Assembly: GCA_963727465.1 (NCBI GenBank)
Contig: CAVSGL010000005.1
Location: 90,165 to 154,164, forward strand
DNA: 64,000 nt
From: an uncultured Solirubrobacterales bacterium
GTDB lineage: Bacteria; Actinomycetota; Thermoleophilia; Solirubrobacterales; 70-9
Direction: 5' to 3'
Both the position numbers and the translations under genes were made by a program. The notes under the pieces are model-generated. The model was not told the origin of the DNA, did not search any database, and saw nothing but the letters and a program-made list of their open reading frames with translations. Positions 8,842-18,163 of the stretch are shown piece after piece; within the stretch, counting starts at the first letter, position 1, and every line of letters starts with the position of its first letter.

Positions 8842-10087
8842 CGCTGAAGCGCAGACTAATCTCATCGGCGGCCCGCGCCGCGGCGACGCCGGTCACCGGC
8901 TCGCCCGCCGGCGTCTCGGCGAGCACGTAGCCGCGCTCGAGCGTGCGCTCGGGCTCGTGCGCGCGCAGCGCCACCTCGGCCCGGCGCAGGGCCTCGCGCC
9001 GGCTGGCGGCCTCCGGCCCGGCCGCGCGGCGGGCGGCGCGGGCGAGGACGACCTGGGCGATGCGGCGCTGGAAGGCGCGGCGCTCGGCGAGGCCGCGTTC
9101 GGAGGCGGCGCGGATCTCGCGCGTGTTCTGGTTGAGCCCGATTCGCTCGCGGCGCAGCGCCCGCGCCGGCCCCCGCGCCAGCGCGACCAGGTGGCGGCTG
9201 CGGCTGCCCACCGCCCCCTCCCCGGCCCGCCGCAGCGCCGCGGCGCTGCGCGCCAGGGCGTCGCGGGCGGCGTTGCAGTCGAGCGGCACGACCGCCTCGG
9301 CGGCGTGGGTCGGGGTCGAGCAGGCGACGGCGGCGACGTCGTCGATCAGGGTCGTGTCGCGCTCGTGGCCGACGGCGCTGATCACGGGCACGCGCAGCAT
9401 CGCCACCGTGCGGCAGAGCGTCTCGTCGCAGAAGGCCCAGAGGTCGGCAAGGCTGCCGCCGCCGCGGGCGACGACGATCGCCTCGACCGCGGGCGTCGCC
9501 GCCAGCTCCTGGATCGCCGCGGCGATCGCCGGCGCCGCGCGGCGGTCCTGCACCGGGGCGAAGGCCCAGACCAGCGTCCCCGCCCAGCCGCGCCGCTTCA
9601 GGCCGGCGAGCAGGTCGCGCCGGGCGGCGCCGCTCTCGGCCGTGACCACGCCGATCGTCTTCGGCAGCCGCGGCCGGGCGAGCTGCTTCTGGAGCTCGAA
9701 CAGCCCCTCGGAGCGAAGCTGTTTGCGCAGCGCCTCAAGCCGCGCCAGCAGGTCCCCCTCGCCGGCGAGGCGCACCTGCGTCGCGCGGAAGGCGAAGCTG
9801 GGCGAGGCCTGGCCGCCGCCGGGGTAGTAGTCGGGGCCGCCGCCGATCACGACTTCGGCGCCGTCGCGCAGCGCGCCGTCGGGCAGGCCCGCCTTCTCCA
9901 GGTCGTCGAGCCAGATCGCGCAGGGGACCGCGCCCTCGGCGTCGCGCAGCTCGAAGTAGGCCTGGACCTTGCTGCGCGAGACGCCGGTCACCTCGCCGAC
10001 CAGACGCACGCGCGCCCGCCGGCGCAGCTCCTCCTGGAGCTTGCGGGCGTAGCGCCCGACGGGAAACGGCCCTGGCAGCTCTTCCAC
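8813..10087 (-). CDS. xseA: exodeoxyribonuclease VII large subunit
   Basis: N-terminal OB-fold region (VGEVTGVSRSKVQAYFELRD), a central catalytic region and a coiled-coil tail. Operon with xseB. Confidence 0.9.
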   Translation of the reverse strand: MEELPGPFPVGRYARKLQEELRRRARVRLVGEVTGVSRSKVQAYFELRDAEGAVPCAIWLDDLEKAGLPDGALRDGAEVVIGGGPDYYPGGGQASPSFAFRATQVRLAGEGDLLARLEALRKQLRSEGLFELQKQLARPRLPKTIGVVTAESGAARRDLLAGLKRRGWAGTLVWAFAPVQDRRAAPAIAAAIQELAATPAVEAIVVARGGGSLADLWAFCDETLCRTVAMLRVPVISAVGHERDTTLIDDVAAVACSTPTHAAEAVVPLDCNAARDALARSAAALRRAGEGAVGSRSRHLVALARGPARALRRERIGLNQNTREIRAASERGLAERRAFQRRIAQVVLARAARRAAGPEAASRREALRRAEVALRAHEPERTLERGYVLAETPAGEPVTGVAAARAADEISLRFSDGRIRVREA

Positions 10088-10097
10088 GCCGACGAGG

Positions 10098-10433
10098 CTA
10101 GCCGGAGCGCCAGCGGCGCGCCCAAAGCATCAGCTCCACCATCGCCGGGCGCAGCTCGGCGCCGGCCTCGGTGAGCGAGTAGCTGACCCGCGTCGGCGAG
10201 CCGGCTTCGACCCGGCGGGCGACGAGGCCCTCGCGCTCGAGCTCGCGCAGGCGGCTGGAGAGCAGGCGGTCGGAAAGGCCGGGCACGGCCTTGCCCAGCT
10301 CGCCGAACCGCAGCGGGCCCTCGGTGAGGGCGAAGACGATCGCCCCGGTCCACCGCTTGCCGATCAGCTCGATCGCGTCGTGGAAGTGGGGACAGACGCC
10401 GGAAGCCTGCTCTTGAGCAGATAGAGCCTCCAC
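10098..10433 (-). CDS. HxlR-family transcriptional regulator
   Basis: CP..HDAIELIGKRWTGAIVFAL...RFGEL...LSDRLLSSRLRELEREGLV is a typical HxlR winged helix. Confidence 0.85.
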   Translation of the reverse strand: MEALSAQEQASGVCPHFHDAIELIGKRWTGAIVFALTEGPLRFGELGKAVPGLSDRLLSSRLRELEREGLVARRVEAGSPTRVSYSLTEAGAELRPAMVELMLWARRWRSG

Positions 10434-10498
10434 TTCTTTCCAGCTTACCGAACGTAAGTGACCGGCTCGCCCGGCAATTGCTCAGCCCAAAGTCGGAG

Positions 10499-10876
10499 CT
10501 AACAAACCAGTTCGGCAGTCCTGTGGTCCTCGTCGTGACCCTCGGACCGGTAGGTGGACCGAAGCTGCCTCTCGCCGCGGTCAAGCTCAATCCCTCCAAC
10601 GCGCTCAACGACCTCCAACGCGCGGCGGAACTTCTCATCGGCCTCACCGTCGTTCTCAGCCTCAATCGTCAGGTCCAGCTCCCAACCATTCTCATCGAAG
10701 TTCGCCGTTACCGACGGGCCAAGGATCGCGTCAGCGCACTCGCTGATCAGCGCGTCCTCCATGGCAATCGCATTGTCCTCAAGCCACGGCGCGTTCGTCT
10801 GAAACGGACGCCCGATAACGATCATGAAGTTGTACTCGTTGAGAGTCTGGTCGGTGGTGTCGCGCGGCTGGGTCAT
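10499..10876 (-). CDS. hypothetical acidic protein (possible partner of the HicA-like gene)
   Basis: Clean ORF in an AT-richer island. SD-like GAAGAGG lies before the ATG. No recognised domain. Confidence 0.55.
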   Translation of the reverse strand: MTQPRDTTDQTLNEYNFMIVIGRPFQTNAPWLEDNAIAMEDALISECADAILGPSVTANFDENGWELDLTIEAENDGEADEKFRRALEVVERVGGIELDRGERQLRSTYRSEGHDEDHRTAELVC

Positions 10877-10942
10877 CGCCTCTTCGTCCCTCTCCTCTGG
10901 TCGGTTGCTAAGACCGCCATAACGTGCGCGTTGTTCTGATGT

Positions 10943-11128
10943 CTATTCAACCGGAATACCCGCCCTTCGGAGCGCCGAACGCTTGTTCTGAAACGTCCTA
11001 TGGTCGCTTGGTGTAGCGGGAATGGTGATCATTCTACCGCCATTTGCTGGGTAGACTTTTATGTGGTTGTTACCGGCGCGAACACAATTCGCGCCTGCAT
11101 TCCACGCAGCAAGCACCAGCGCATCCAT
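10943..11128 (-). CDS. HicA-like mRNA interferase toxin (61 aa; the track ORF extends to 11341)
   Basis: AAWNAGANCVRAGNNHIKVYPANGGRMITIPATPSDHRTFQNKRSALRRAGI aligns by eye to the HicA pattern (G.H...hP.g...vtvP.h....l....l..ilkqaGl). The short start at M72 gives the typical HicA size. Confidence 0.45.
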   Translation of the reverse strand: MDALVLAAWNAGANCVRAGNNHIKVYPANGGRMITIPATPSDHRTFQNKRSALRRAGIPVE

Positions 11129-11291
11129 TTCGTCGTTTGACAGCGTCGGCCGCTTGACCTGCGGATTCGCTTTGCGCTCGGCGTGGAGGGTGCCGCTCTT
11201 GCTCATCGGCACATAGCTATACCACTTGAGTTCCCGGCCGGAATGGCCGGAAGAAATCCGGCTCGCCGGGGTCGCCTGCTTGTATTTGCCC

Positions 11292-12434
11292 GTGACCGTT
11301 CTCGACTGGGCGATCGTCGTCTTCACGCTTGCCTTTGCCATGTGGGGCTACCGCCAGGGGCTGATCGTCGGCCTGCTCACGCTGGTCGGCTTCGCCGCCG
11401 GCGCGGTCGCCGGCAGCCGCGGCGGGCCGTTGCTGCTGAGCGAGGGCTCGAGCTCGCCCTACGCGCCGCTGTTCGCGGCGATCGGGGCGCTGCTGGTCGG
11501 CGCCCTGGTCGCGGTGACGGTCGAGAGCCTCGCCCTCGGCCTGCGCGAGCGGCTGGTCCGCGGCCGGGCGCTGCGACTCGCCGACGGCGCCGGCGGGGCG
11601 GCGCTGATCGCCGCGGTGGCCCTCGGCCTGACCTGGGTCTTCGGCGCCGTCGCCCTGCACGCCCCCGGCACCGCCCAGCTGCGCGGCGACGTGCAGCGCT
11701 CGCTCATCCTGCGCCGCCTCAACGACCTCCTGCCCCCCTCCGGCCCGGTCCTCAACGCGCTCAACCGGGTCGATCCGGCCCCCTCGCTGACCGGCCCCAC
11801 GACCCAGGTCCGTCCGCCGAACCCGGCGATCGCCGCCGACCCCGACGTGCGCCGCGCGAGCAGCTCGGTCGTGCGCGTGCTCGGCACCGCCTGCGGGCTC
11901 GGGGTCGAGGGCTCGGGCTGGGTCGCCGCGCCGGGGCTCGTGGTCACCAACGCCCACGTCGTCGCCGGCGAGGACGACACCAGCGTGACCACGATCGACG
12001 GCGCCTCGCTCGAGGCCACGCCGGTCCGCTACGACCCCGCCAACGACCTCGCGGTGCTGCGAATCGACGCGCCGCTGCCGGCGCTGGGGCTGGCATCCGA
12101 TCCGCAGCGCGGCACCGCGGGCGCGGTCCTCGGCTATCCCGAAAACGGCCCCTACGCCGCCACCGCGGCGCGCATGGGCGACACGACCACGGTGGTCAGC
12201 GACGACTCCTACGGCAACGGGCCGATCCGCCGCTCGATCTCCTTCCTGCGCGGCAGCGTGCGCAGCGGCAACTCGGGCGGCCCGCTGGTCGACGCCGGCG
12301 GCAACGTGATGGCGACCGTCTTCGCCGCGACCACGTCGGGGCCCCGAGGCGGCTTCGCCGTGCCCAACGAGGTCGTCCGCCGGGAGCTGCGCCTGGTGTC
12401 GGATTTAGCAGTCGACACCGGACCCTGCACCTGA
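11292..12434 (+). CDS. MarP-like membrane serine protease (CvpA-type TM domain + trypsin-like S1 domain)
   Basis: N-terminal TM helices. Triad contexts TNAHVVAG, NDLAVLRI and GNSGGPLV. Start could be 11226 or GTG 11292. Confidence 0.8.
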   Translation: MTVLDWAIVVFTLAFAMWGYRQGLIVGLLTLVGFAAGAVAGSRGGPLLLSEGSSSPYAPLFAAIGALLVGALVAVTVESLALGLRERLVRGRALRLADGAGGAALIAAVALGLTWVFGAVALHAPGTAQLRGDVQRSLILRRLNDLLPPSGPVLNALNRVDPAPSLTGPTTQVRPPNPAIAADPDVRRASSSVVRVLGTACGLGVEGSGWVAAPGLVVTNAHVVAGEDDTSVTTIDGASLEATPVRYDPANDLAVLRIDAPLPALGLASDPQRGTAGAVLGYPENGPYAATAARMGDTTTVVSDDSYGNGPIRRSISFLRGSVRSGNSGGPLVDAGGNVMATVFAATTSGPRGGFAVPNEVVRRELRLVSDLAVDTGPCT

Positions 12435-12479
12435 AGCTGACAAATCCGATGCCGGCCCGTTCCCTTAGATTAAGGGGGA

Positions 12480-15354
12480 GTGCGGCGCGGGAACAGCCAG
12501 CAGACCGTTCCACGGCGGGAGGCGACCGACTCGATCTCGACCGTCCCCCTCCCGGGGTCGCTGGAGAGCGCCCGCGACCGTCCCTGGCCGATGCTCGGCC
12601 GCGAGCAGCCGCTGAAGACGATCGCATCCGCCTGGTCGCGCGTGGCCGCCGGCAGCCGCGAGTGCGTCCTGGTCGCGGGCGAACCGGGAGCCGGCAAGAG
12701 CCGCCTGGTCGCCGAGGCCGGCCACGACGCCCACGCCGCCGGCGCCCTCGTCCTCTACGGCAGCGGCGAGGGCACCGCCGACCTGCCCTACGCCCCCTTC
12801 GTCGGCGCGCTCGGCCACCTCGACCGGCACGCATCGCCCGAGTTGCACGCGGAGCTGCGCGGCTCGGCGCTCGGCATGCTGCTTCCCGACGCCGCCGGCC
12901 GCGAGGCCGCGAGCTGGAATCTCGGCGACGAGCGCGGGCGCCTCTTCGCCGCCGCCGTGGCGCTGCTCGAGCGCCTCGGCAGGGACCGGCCGGTGCTGCT
13001 CGCGATCGACGATCTGCACGGCTGCGGCCCTTCCACCCTGGCCCTCGTCCAGCACCTCGCCCGCACGGCCGTGCCCGTGCGGCTGCTGCTGCTCGCGACC
13101 TACCGCCCCACCGACGTCGAGCCGGACAGCGAGACGGCCGCGACGATCGCCGACCTGCGCTCGGCGCCCGGCGCCCAGCACCTGCGCCTGGGACCGCTCG
13201 ACGAGGGCGAGCTGCGCGACATCGCCGCCGCGCTGCGGGTCGGCGACGACGCCACGGCGCTGGATCGCGCCGCCGAGCACGCCGCCCGCGAGAGCGGCGG
13301 CAACCCGCTCTTCGCCTGCGAGCTGCTGCGGGCGATGGTCGACGGCGACGCCGGCCCGGCGCCCGACCATCCCCCGCGCTCGCTGCGGATGCTGATCGCC
13401 GCGCGCGGCCACGCCCTCGGCGAACCGGCCCACGACCACCTATCGGTCGCCGCGGTGTGCGGGCGCCGGTTCGACCCGGCGCTGATCGCGGCCGCACTGG
13501 GGCTCGACCCGGCGCCGGTCGTCGCCTCGATGGACCGCGCCGAGCGGGCCGGGCTGATCGAGATCGACCCGGCCGGCGGCGACTGCACGTTCAGCCACGA
13601 GATCGTCGCCCACTGCCTCTACGAGGAGATCGGCGCGGGCCGGCGCGGCTCCCTGCACCGCAAGATCGCCGAAGCGCTGGAAGCGATCGCGCAGTGCGCG
13701 GGCGCCGAGGCGAACGCCGGCGAGCTGGCCGGCGAGCTGGCTCAGCACTGGCGTCACGCCGAGCCCCCCGACGAGGCACGGGCGGAACACTGGTGCGCCG
13801 AGGCCGGCGAGCTGGCCCTACAGAGCTACGACCACGAGGTCGCTGCCCGCTGGTTCGAAGCGGCGCTGGAGCTGCGCGAGTCGACGGACGGCGAGGGCGA
13901 CGGCGGGCGCTGCGACCTGCTGATCGGCCTCGGCCAGGCGCTGCGATTCAGCAACCAGGAGCGCTCGCGCGAGTTCCTGCTCGAAGCGGCGCGGCTCGCC
14001 GACCGGCTCGACGACGTCGATCGCCTCGTGCGCGCGGTGCTCGCCAACCAGCGCGGCTTCGTCAGCCACGTCGGCAGCTTCGACCGCGAGCGGGGCGCGA
14101 TGCTGCGGCGGGCGGCCGAGCGGATCGGCGGGCCCAGCCCGGAGCTGGCGCTGGTGCTCGCCCAGCTCGCGCTCGAGCTGACCTTCTCGCCACAGGTGAA
14201 ACGGCGGCGCCGGCTCGCCGAGCGGGCCCTGGAGACCGCTCGCGCCGCGGGCGACGACCGGGTCGTCGCCCAGGTGCTGATCCGCTACCTGATCGCGCGC
14301 TGGGGACCGGACAACCCGGAGGAGCGGATCGCCGTCGCGGCCGAGAGCATCGAGATCGGCGCGCGCCTCGACGACCCGCTCGACCTCTTCCACGCCCTGC
14401 ACTGGCAGGCGGTCGCCCAGGTCGAGGTCGGCGAGATCGGCGCCGCCAGCCGCACCCTGCGCGAGCAGGAACGGATCGCCGCCCGGGTCGGGGACGGCAC
14501 CGCGACCTGGCTCTGCGACTGTAGCGCCTCGCTGCACCAGGCCCTGCGCGGTCAGCTCGACGGCGGCCGAGCAGCGCGCCCAGCGCGCCGCCGAACGCGC
14601 CCGTCACAGCGCCCAGCCCGACGCCCTGCCCTTCTACATCAGCCAGATCGCGAGCATCCGCTGGCAGCAGGGGCGGCTGCCCGAGCTGGCCCCGCTGCTG
14701 GCACGAGCGCTCGAGCAGTACCCGGGGCTGCCGGCCTTCCGCTCGCTGGTCACGCTCGCCCACGCCCTCGCCGGCGAGGTCTCCTTCGCCCGCGAGGTGC
14801 TCGCCGGCGACGTCGCCACCGGCTTCGCCGAGATCCCCCGCGATCCGATCTGGATCGCGGCGGTCGCCACCTACGCGCACGCGATCGCCGAGCTGGGCGA
14901 CCGCGACGCCGCCGAGCGCCTCTACCCCGTGCTCGAGCCGTTCCGCGGTCGCCTGGCGACGACGACGATCAGCGTCTGGGGCCTGGTCGAGCACGCGCTG
15001 GGGCGGCTCGAGCTGCTGCTCGGCCGGCAGGCGCAGGGACGCGATTCGCTACAGCGCTCGATCGCCACCTACGAAGCGATGCCGGCGCCGCTCTGGCGCG
15101 CCCAGGCGGCACGCGACCTCGAGCCCGCCGGCTCGGCGGCGGCGGGGCCGGCGCTGGAGACGCGGATCGAAGGGCTCGGCCTGACCGATCGGCAGGCCGA
15201 GGTGATCCGGCTGATCGTCCAGGGCCTCTCCAATCGCGAGGTGGCGGAGACGCTCGAGATCTCGCCGAGCACGGTCAAGCGACACCTCGAGAACGTCTAC
15301 GAGCGCACCGGCGCCCGCTCCCGCGTGGCGCTGACCGCCCTGCTGCTCGACTGA
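12480..15354 (+). CDS. LAL-family regulator (AAA ATPase + TPR-like region + LuxR HTH); apparent frameshift near 14520-14560 (possible pseudogene or sequencing error)
   Basis: P-loop GEPGAGKSRL and DDLH Walker B in the 12480 frame. The C-terminus (LTDRQAEVIRLIVQGLSNREVAETLEISPSTVKRHLENVY) is in the 14797 frame. The +1 frame is protein-like from about 14545 (AAEQRAQRAAE...FYISQIASIRWQQGRL). Confidence 0.65.
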
Positions 15355-15386
15355 ACCGACCCCTCCGCCCACTAAATTTCCGCACA

Positions 15387-17120
15387 GTGAAAGCTCAGTC
15401 GATCGAGGCGGAGCGACGACGGCGCCTTCTCACCCGCGCCGTGCCGCTGACCGTCATCGCAGTCATCGCCTTCGTCTGGGGCGCGATCTCCGGCGCGCCG
15501 GGATCGCCGCAGAAGGAAGCGGCGGAGCGCTTCGCCGAAGCCTGGACGCACAAGGACTTCAGCGCGATGTACGGGGAGCTGAACGACGCCTCGCGCCAGG
15601 CCGTGGGCAGGAAGCAGTTCGCCCAGGCCTATCGCGAGGCGGCCGAAGTGGCGACGCTGCGCGGTCTCGAATCCGCGGATCCGCGGGACCCCGTCGACCG
15701 CGACGGCGAAACCGTCGTCCCGGTCCAGTTCGAAGCGAGCACCGTCGCCTTCGGCCAGGTCGTCGCCGACCTCGACCTGCCCTACGCGGACGGCGGCATC
15801 GACTGGGACAGGAGCCTGGTCTTCCCCGGGCTCGAACCCGGCGAGCAGCTCGAAAACCGGATCTCGCTGGCGCCGCGCGCGGCGATTCTCGCCGGCGACG
15901 GGCAGGCGCTTGCCGAGGGACCGGCCGAGGCGCGCGAACACCCGCTGGGCAGCGCCGCGATCGACGTCACCGGCGAAATCGGCGAAGCGAGCGAAGAAGA
16001 AGAGCCTCTGCTCGCCCGCCAGGGCTTCCCGCCGGGCACGCCGGTCGGGGTCAGCGGGATCGAGCAGGCCTTCAACCGGCGCCTCGCCGGCAAGCCCGGC
16101 GGCTCGCTGCTCGCCGTCGCCGGCAAGGGCGGCTCGGCGCGGATCCTCGCCCAGGCGGAACCGCAGGCGGGAGCGCCGGTGAAGACGACGATCGACCCGG
16201 ACCTTCAGGTGGCGGCGGTCACGGGGCTCGCCGGCCGCGCCGGTGGCGTGGCGGTTCTGGACGCGCGCAACGGCGACGTGCGCGCGCTCGCCGGCCAGGC
16301 CTTCTCGGCGCCGCAGCCACCCGGCTCGACGTTCAAGATGATCACCACGACCGCCGCCCTGGAAAAGGGCGTCGTCGCGCTCGACGACGAATTCGAACTG
16401 ACCGACGGCGTCAACGTCGGCGGCCGCTTCATCAGCAACGCCAACGGCGAGGTCTGCGGCGGCACCTTCCGCGAAGCGTTCGCCGAGTCCTGCAACGCCG
16501 ACTTCGCCCCGCTCGGACCGAAGATCGGCAACGACGACCTCGTCGCCACCGCCGAACGCTTCGGCTTCAACCAGCCGCTGACGATCTACGCGCCGCGATC
16601 GTCGCCGCGGTCGAACCGCCCGAGTCGACGATCCCGGAGGAAATCGGCGACGAACTCGACCTCGGCGTCAGCGCGATCGGCCAGGGCGAAGTGCTGGCGA
16701 CCCCGCTTCAGATGGCGACGCGTGGCGCAGACGATCGGCAACGGCGGCATGCGCGAGCCGACCTCGATCGTCGCCAACGCGAAGCTGCGACCGCACGCCA
16801 AGCCGGTGCGGGCGATGTCGAAGAAGACCGCCGGGGAGCTGACCGAACTGATGATCGGCGTGGTCACCGGCGGCACCGGCTACGCCGCCGCGATCCCCGA
16901 GGCCCAGGTGGCCGGCAAGACCGGCACCGCCGAGCTCGGCCCGAAGCCGGGCAGCGAAGGCGAAGAAGAACCGGAGCAGATCAAGGACGCCTGGTTCGCC
17001 GCCTTCGCCCCGGCGGAAAAGGCGAAGCTGGCGGTCGGCGTGCTGCTGGTCGAAGCCGAAGCCGCGGGCGGCGAAGTCGCCGCCCCGATCGCGGCGGAAG
17101 TCCTCTCGACCGGACTCTGA
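15387..17120 (+). CDS. penicillin-binding protein (class B-like transpeptidase with N-terminal TM anchor); internal compensated frame change
   Basis: STFK, SCN and KTGTAE motifs. GTG at 15387 followed by a TM helix. The conserved SAIGQGEVLATPLQMA segment is readable only in another frame between about 16595 and 16721. Confidence 0.8.
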   Translation: MKAQSIEAERRRRLLTRAVPLTVIAVIAFVWGAISGAPGSPQKEAAERFAEAWTHKDFSAMYGELNDASRQAVGRKQFAQAYREAAEVATLRGLESADPRDPVDRDGETVVPVQFEASTVAFGQVVADLDLPYADGGIDWDRSLVFPGLEPGEQLENRISLAPRAAILAGDGQALAEGPAEAREHPLGSAAIDVTGEIGEASEEEEPLLARQGFPPGTPVGVSGIEQAFNRRLAGKPGGSLLAVAGKGGSARILAQAEPQAGAPVKTTIDPDLQVAAVTGLAGRAGGVAVLDARNGDVRALAGQAFSAPQPPGSTFKMITTTAALEKGVVALDDEFELTDGVNVGGRFISNANGEVCGGTFREAFAESCNADFAPLGPKIGNDDLVATAERFGFNQPLTIYAPRSSPRSNRPSRRSRRKSATNSTSASARSARAKCWRPRFRWRRVAQTIGNGGMREPTSIVANAKLRPHAKPVRAMSKKTAGELTELMIGVVTGGTGYAAAIPEAQVAGKTGTAELGPKPGSEGEEEPEQIKDAWFAAFAPAEKAKLAVGVLLVEAEAAGGEVAAPIAAEVLSTGL

Positions 17121-17227
17121 CAAACCGCTCCGTCCGCACCTCCCCCTATGGTCGCCCCAAACCAAAGCGGCGACCCGCCGCGCTGCAACCGCGAACGGGC
17201 CGCCTGACCAAAGGAGGAATAGCTCCA

Positions 17228-17435
17228 ATGGCTGATCCGAAGACTATGGCCGCGGCGTACGCCGAGGCCAGGCCAGGACGACCTACTCGACGGCCTCACC
17301 CTGACGGCCGTCCAAGACGAAGAGGCCGAGCGGGTCGTGCTCGAGTTCCTGCTCGACCGGCACCCGGCTCAACTGACCATCCCCGAGGTCTCGCGGGCGC
17401 TCTACTTCGCGCGGCTCTGGGGCATCTGCGTCTGA
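17228..17435 (+). CDS. small hypothetical protein, possibly winged-helix-like; needs a frame change near 17262-17277
   Basis: AGGAGG lies 10 nt before ATG 17228. The protein-like sequence DDLLDGLTLTAVQDEEAERVVLEFLLDRHPAQLTIPEVSRAL is in a different frame and ends at TGA 17433-17435. Confidence 0.35.
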
Positions 17436-17450
17436 ACGAGGACGATCTGG

Positions 17451-17486
17451 AAGCCTTGTGCCCCCCTGCGAGGGGGCACAAGGCTT
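17451..17486. terminator. 15-bp perfect hairpin between convergent genes
   Basis: AAGCCTTGTGCCCCC-CTGCGA-GGGGGCACAAGGCTT. No U-tract on either strand. Confidence 0.4.
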
Positions 17487-17503
17487 CACGATGCAGCGGT
17501 CGC

Positions 17504-17953
17504 CTAATCGGAGTCGGCTCGCGAGAGGCGAAGGAGGGCAACCGCGACGGTCGCCCAGGCGGTGGCGCCGAGCACCGCCGCCTTCAGCGCGTCCGGATTG
17601 CCGAGGAAGCCAATCAGCAGACCGACCCCGATCCCGACCGTGAGCGCCAGCAGGACCACCCGCGCGATCAATTCGAAGTTCAGTTGCCGGACGCGAGCCT
17701 CGGCGGAGCGACGTTCCGCGCGAATCCGCCTGGCGTTCTCGCGATCGACATAGAGGCCGATCTGCCGGCGGGTGCGAAGCCGATCGAGCTCATCACGCTC
17801 CTTAGAAGACCCGAAGAAAGCCAATTTCGTCTCCCCTGCGCATTCGGCTTCCCCCCCTGCCGGATCAGCCGAGATGCGTCTTGAGACGAAACCCGTCCTC
17901 ACTGCTTCTTGACGGCACATCCGGGGACAGGCCGGAACTTTGTGCCTGCGCAA
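17504..17953 (-). CDS. hypothetical membrane protein (two C-terminal TM helices); start uncertain
   Basis: Hydrophobic stretches VVLLALTVGIGVGLLIGFL and AAVLGATAWATVAVALL follow a charged coiled segment. Confidence 0.45.
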   Translation of the reverse strand: MRRHKVPACPRMCRQEAVRTGFVSRRISADPAGGEAECAGETKLAFFGSSKERDELDRLRTRRQIGLYVDRENARRIRAERRSAEARVRQLNFELIARVVLLALTVGIGVGLLIGFLGNPDALKAAVLGATAWATVAVALLRLSRADSD

Positions 17954-17988
17954 ACGTCGGTGACTGAGTCCTCCGCTGCGCTATGTCC

Positions 17989-18019
17989 AAATACGCCTAT
18001 TGGGCGTATTGGGCGTATT
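17989..18019. promoter_or_regulatory. iteron/operator-like repeat cluster
   Basis: AATACGCC (17990-17997) is inverted relative to two tandem TATTGGGCG units (17998-18006, 18007-18015), with a partial third unit. It lies upstream of the minus-strand gene that starts at 17953. Confidence 0.35.
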
Positions 18020-18163
18020 GCCTCCCAATAAACTGGACATTTTCTCGTACGGAATCGTACGAGTCTCGCGTAGGCTAACTCAGCAGGCCACGACAGGCAA
18101 CTGTCTGTCAGCCTCACTCGATCGCACGAGGACCGGCTGCTTCCGCAATCCCGGCGATCGGGG

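Noticed and set aside
11183-14524. 1113-aa ORF on the plus strand, and similar giants (20421..24092 -, 21512..25225 +, 39500..42358 -, 12196..13497 -).
   Set aside because: They are extremely Arg/Pro/Gly/Ala-rich and lack motifs. They overlap genes with clear conserved motifs in other frames or strands. These are typical open-frame artefacts of very GC-rich DNA.
12480-17120. Single 1546-aa ORF suggesting one giant protein.
   Set aside because: It is a chimera: the LAL regulator N-terminus, then an out-of-frame Arg-rich stretch, then the PBP. The PBP has its own GTG start and TM anchor at 15387, and the regulator's real C-terminus is in another frame ending at 15354.
17998-18024. Possible mini-CRISPR or VNTR from tandem TATTGGGCG units.
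   Set aside because: There are only 2 to 3 contiguous 9-nt units with no spacers and no cas genes. This is better explained as a protein-binding repeat.
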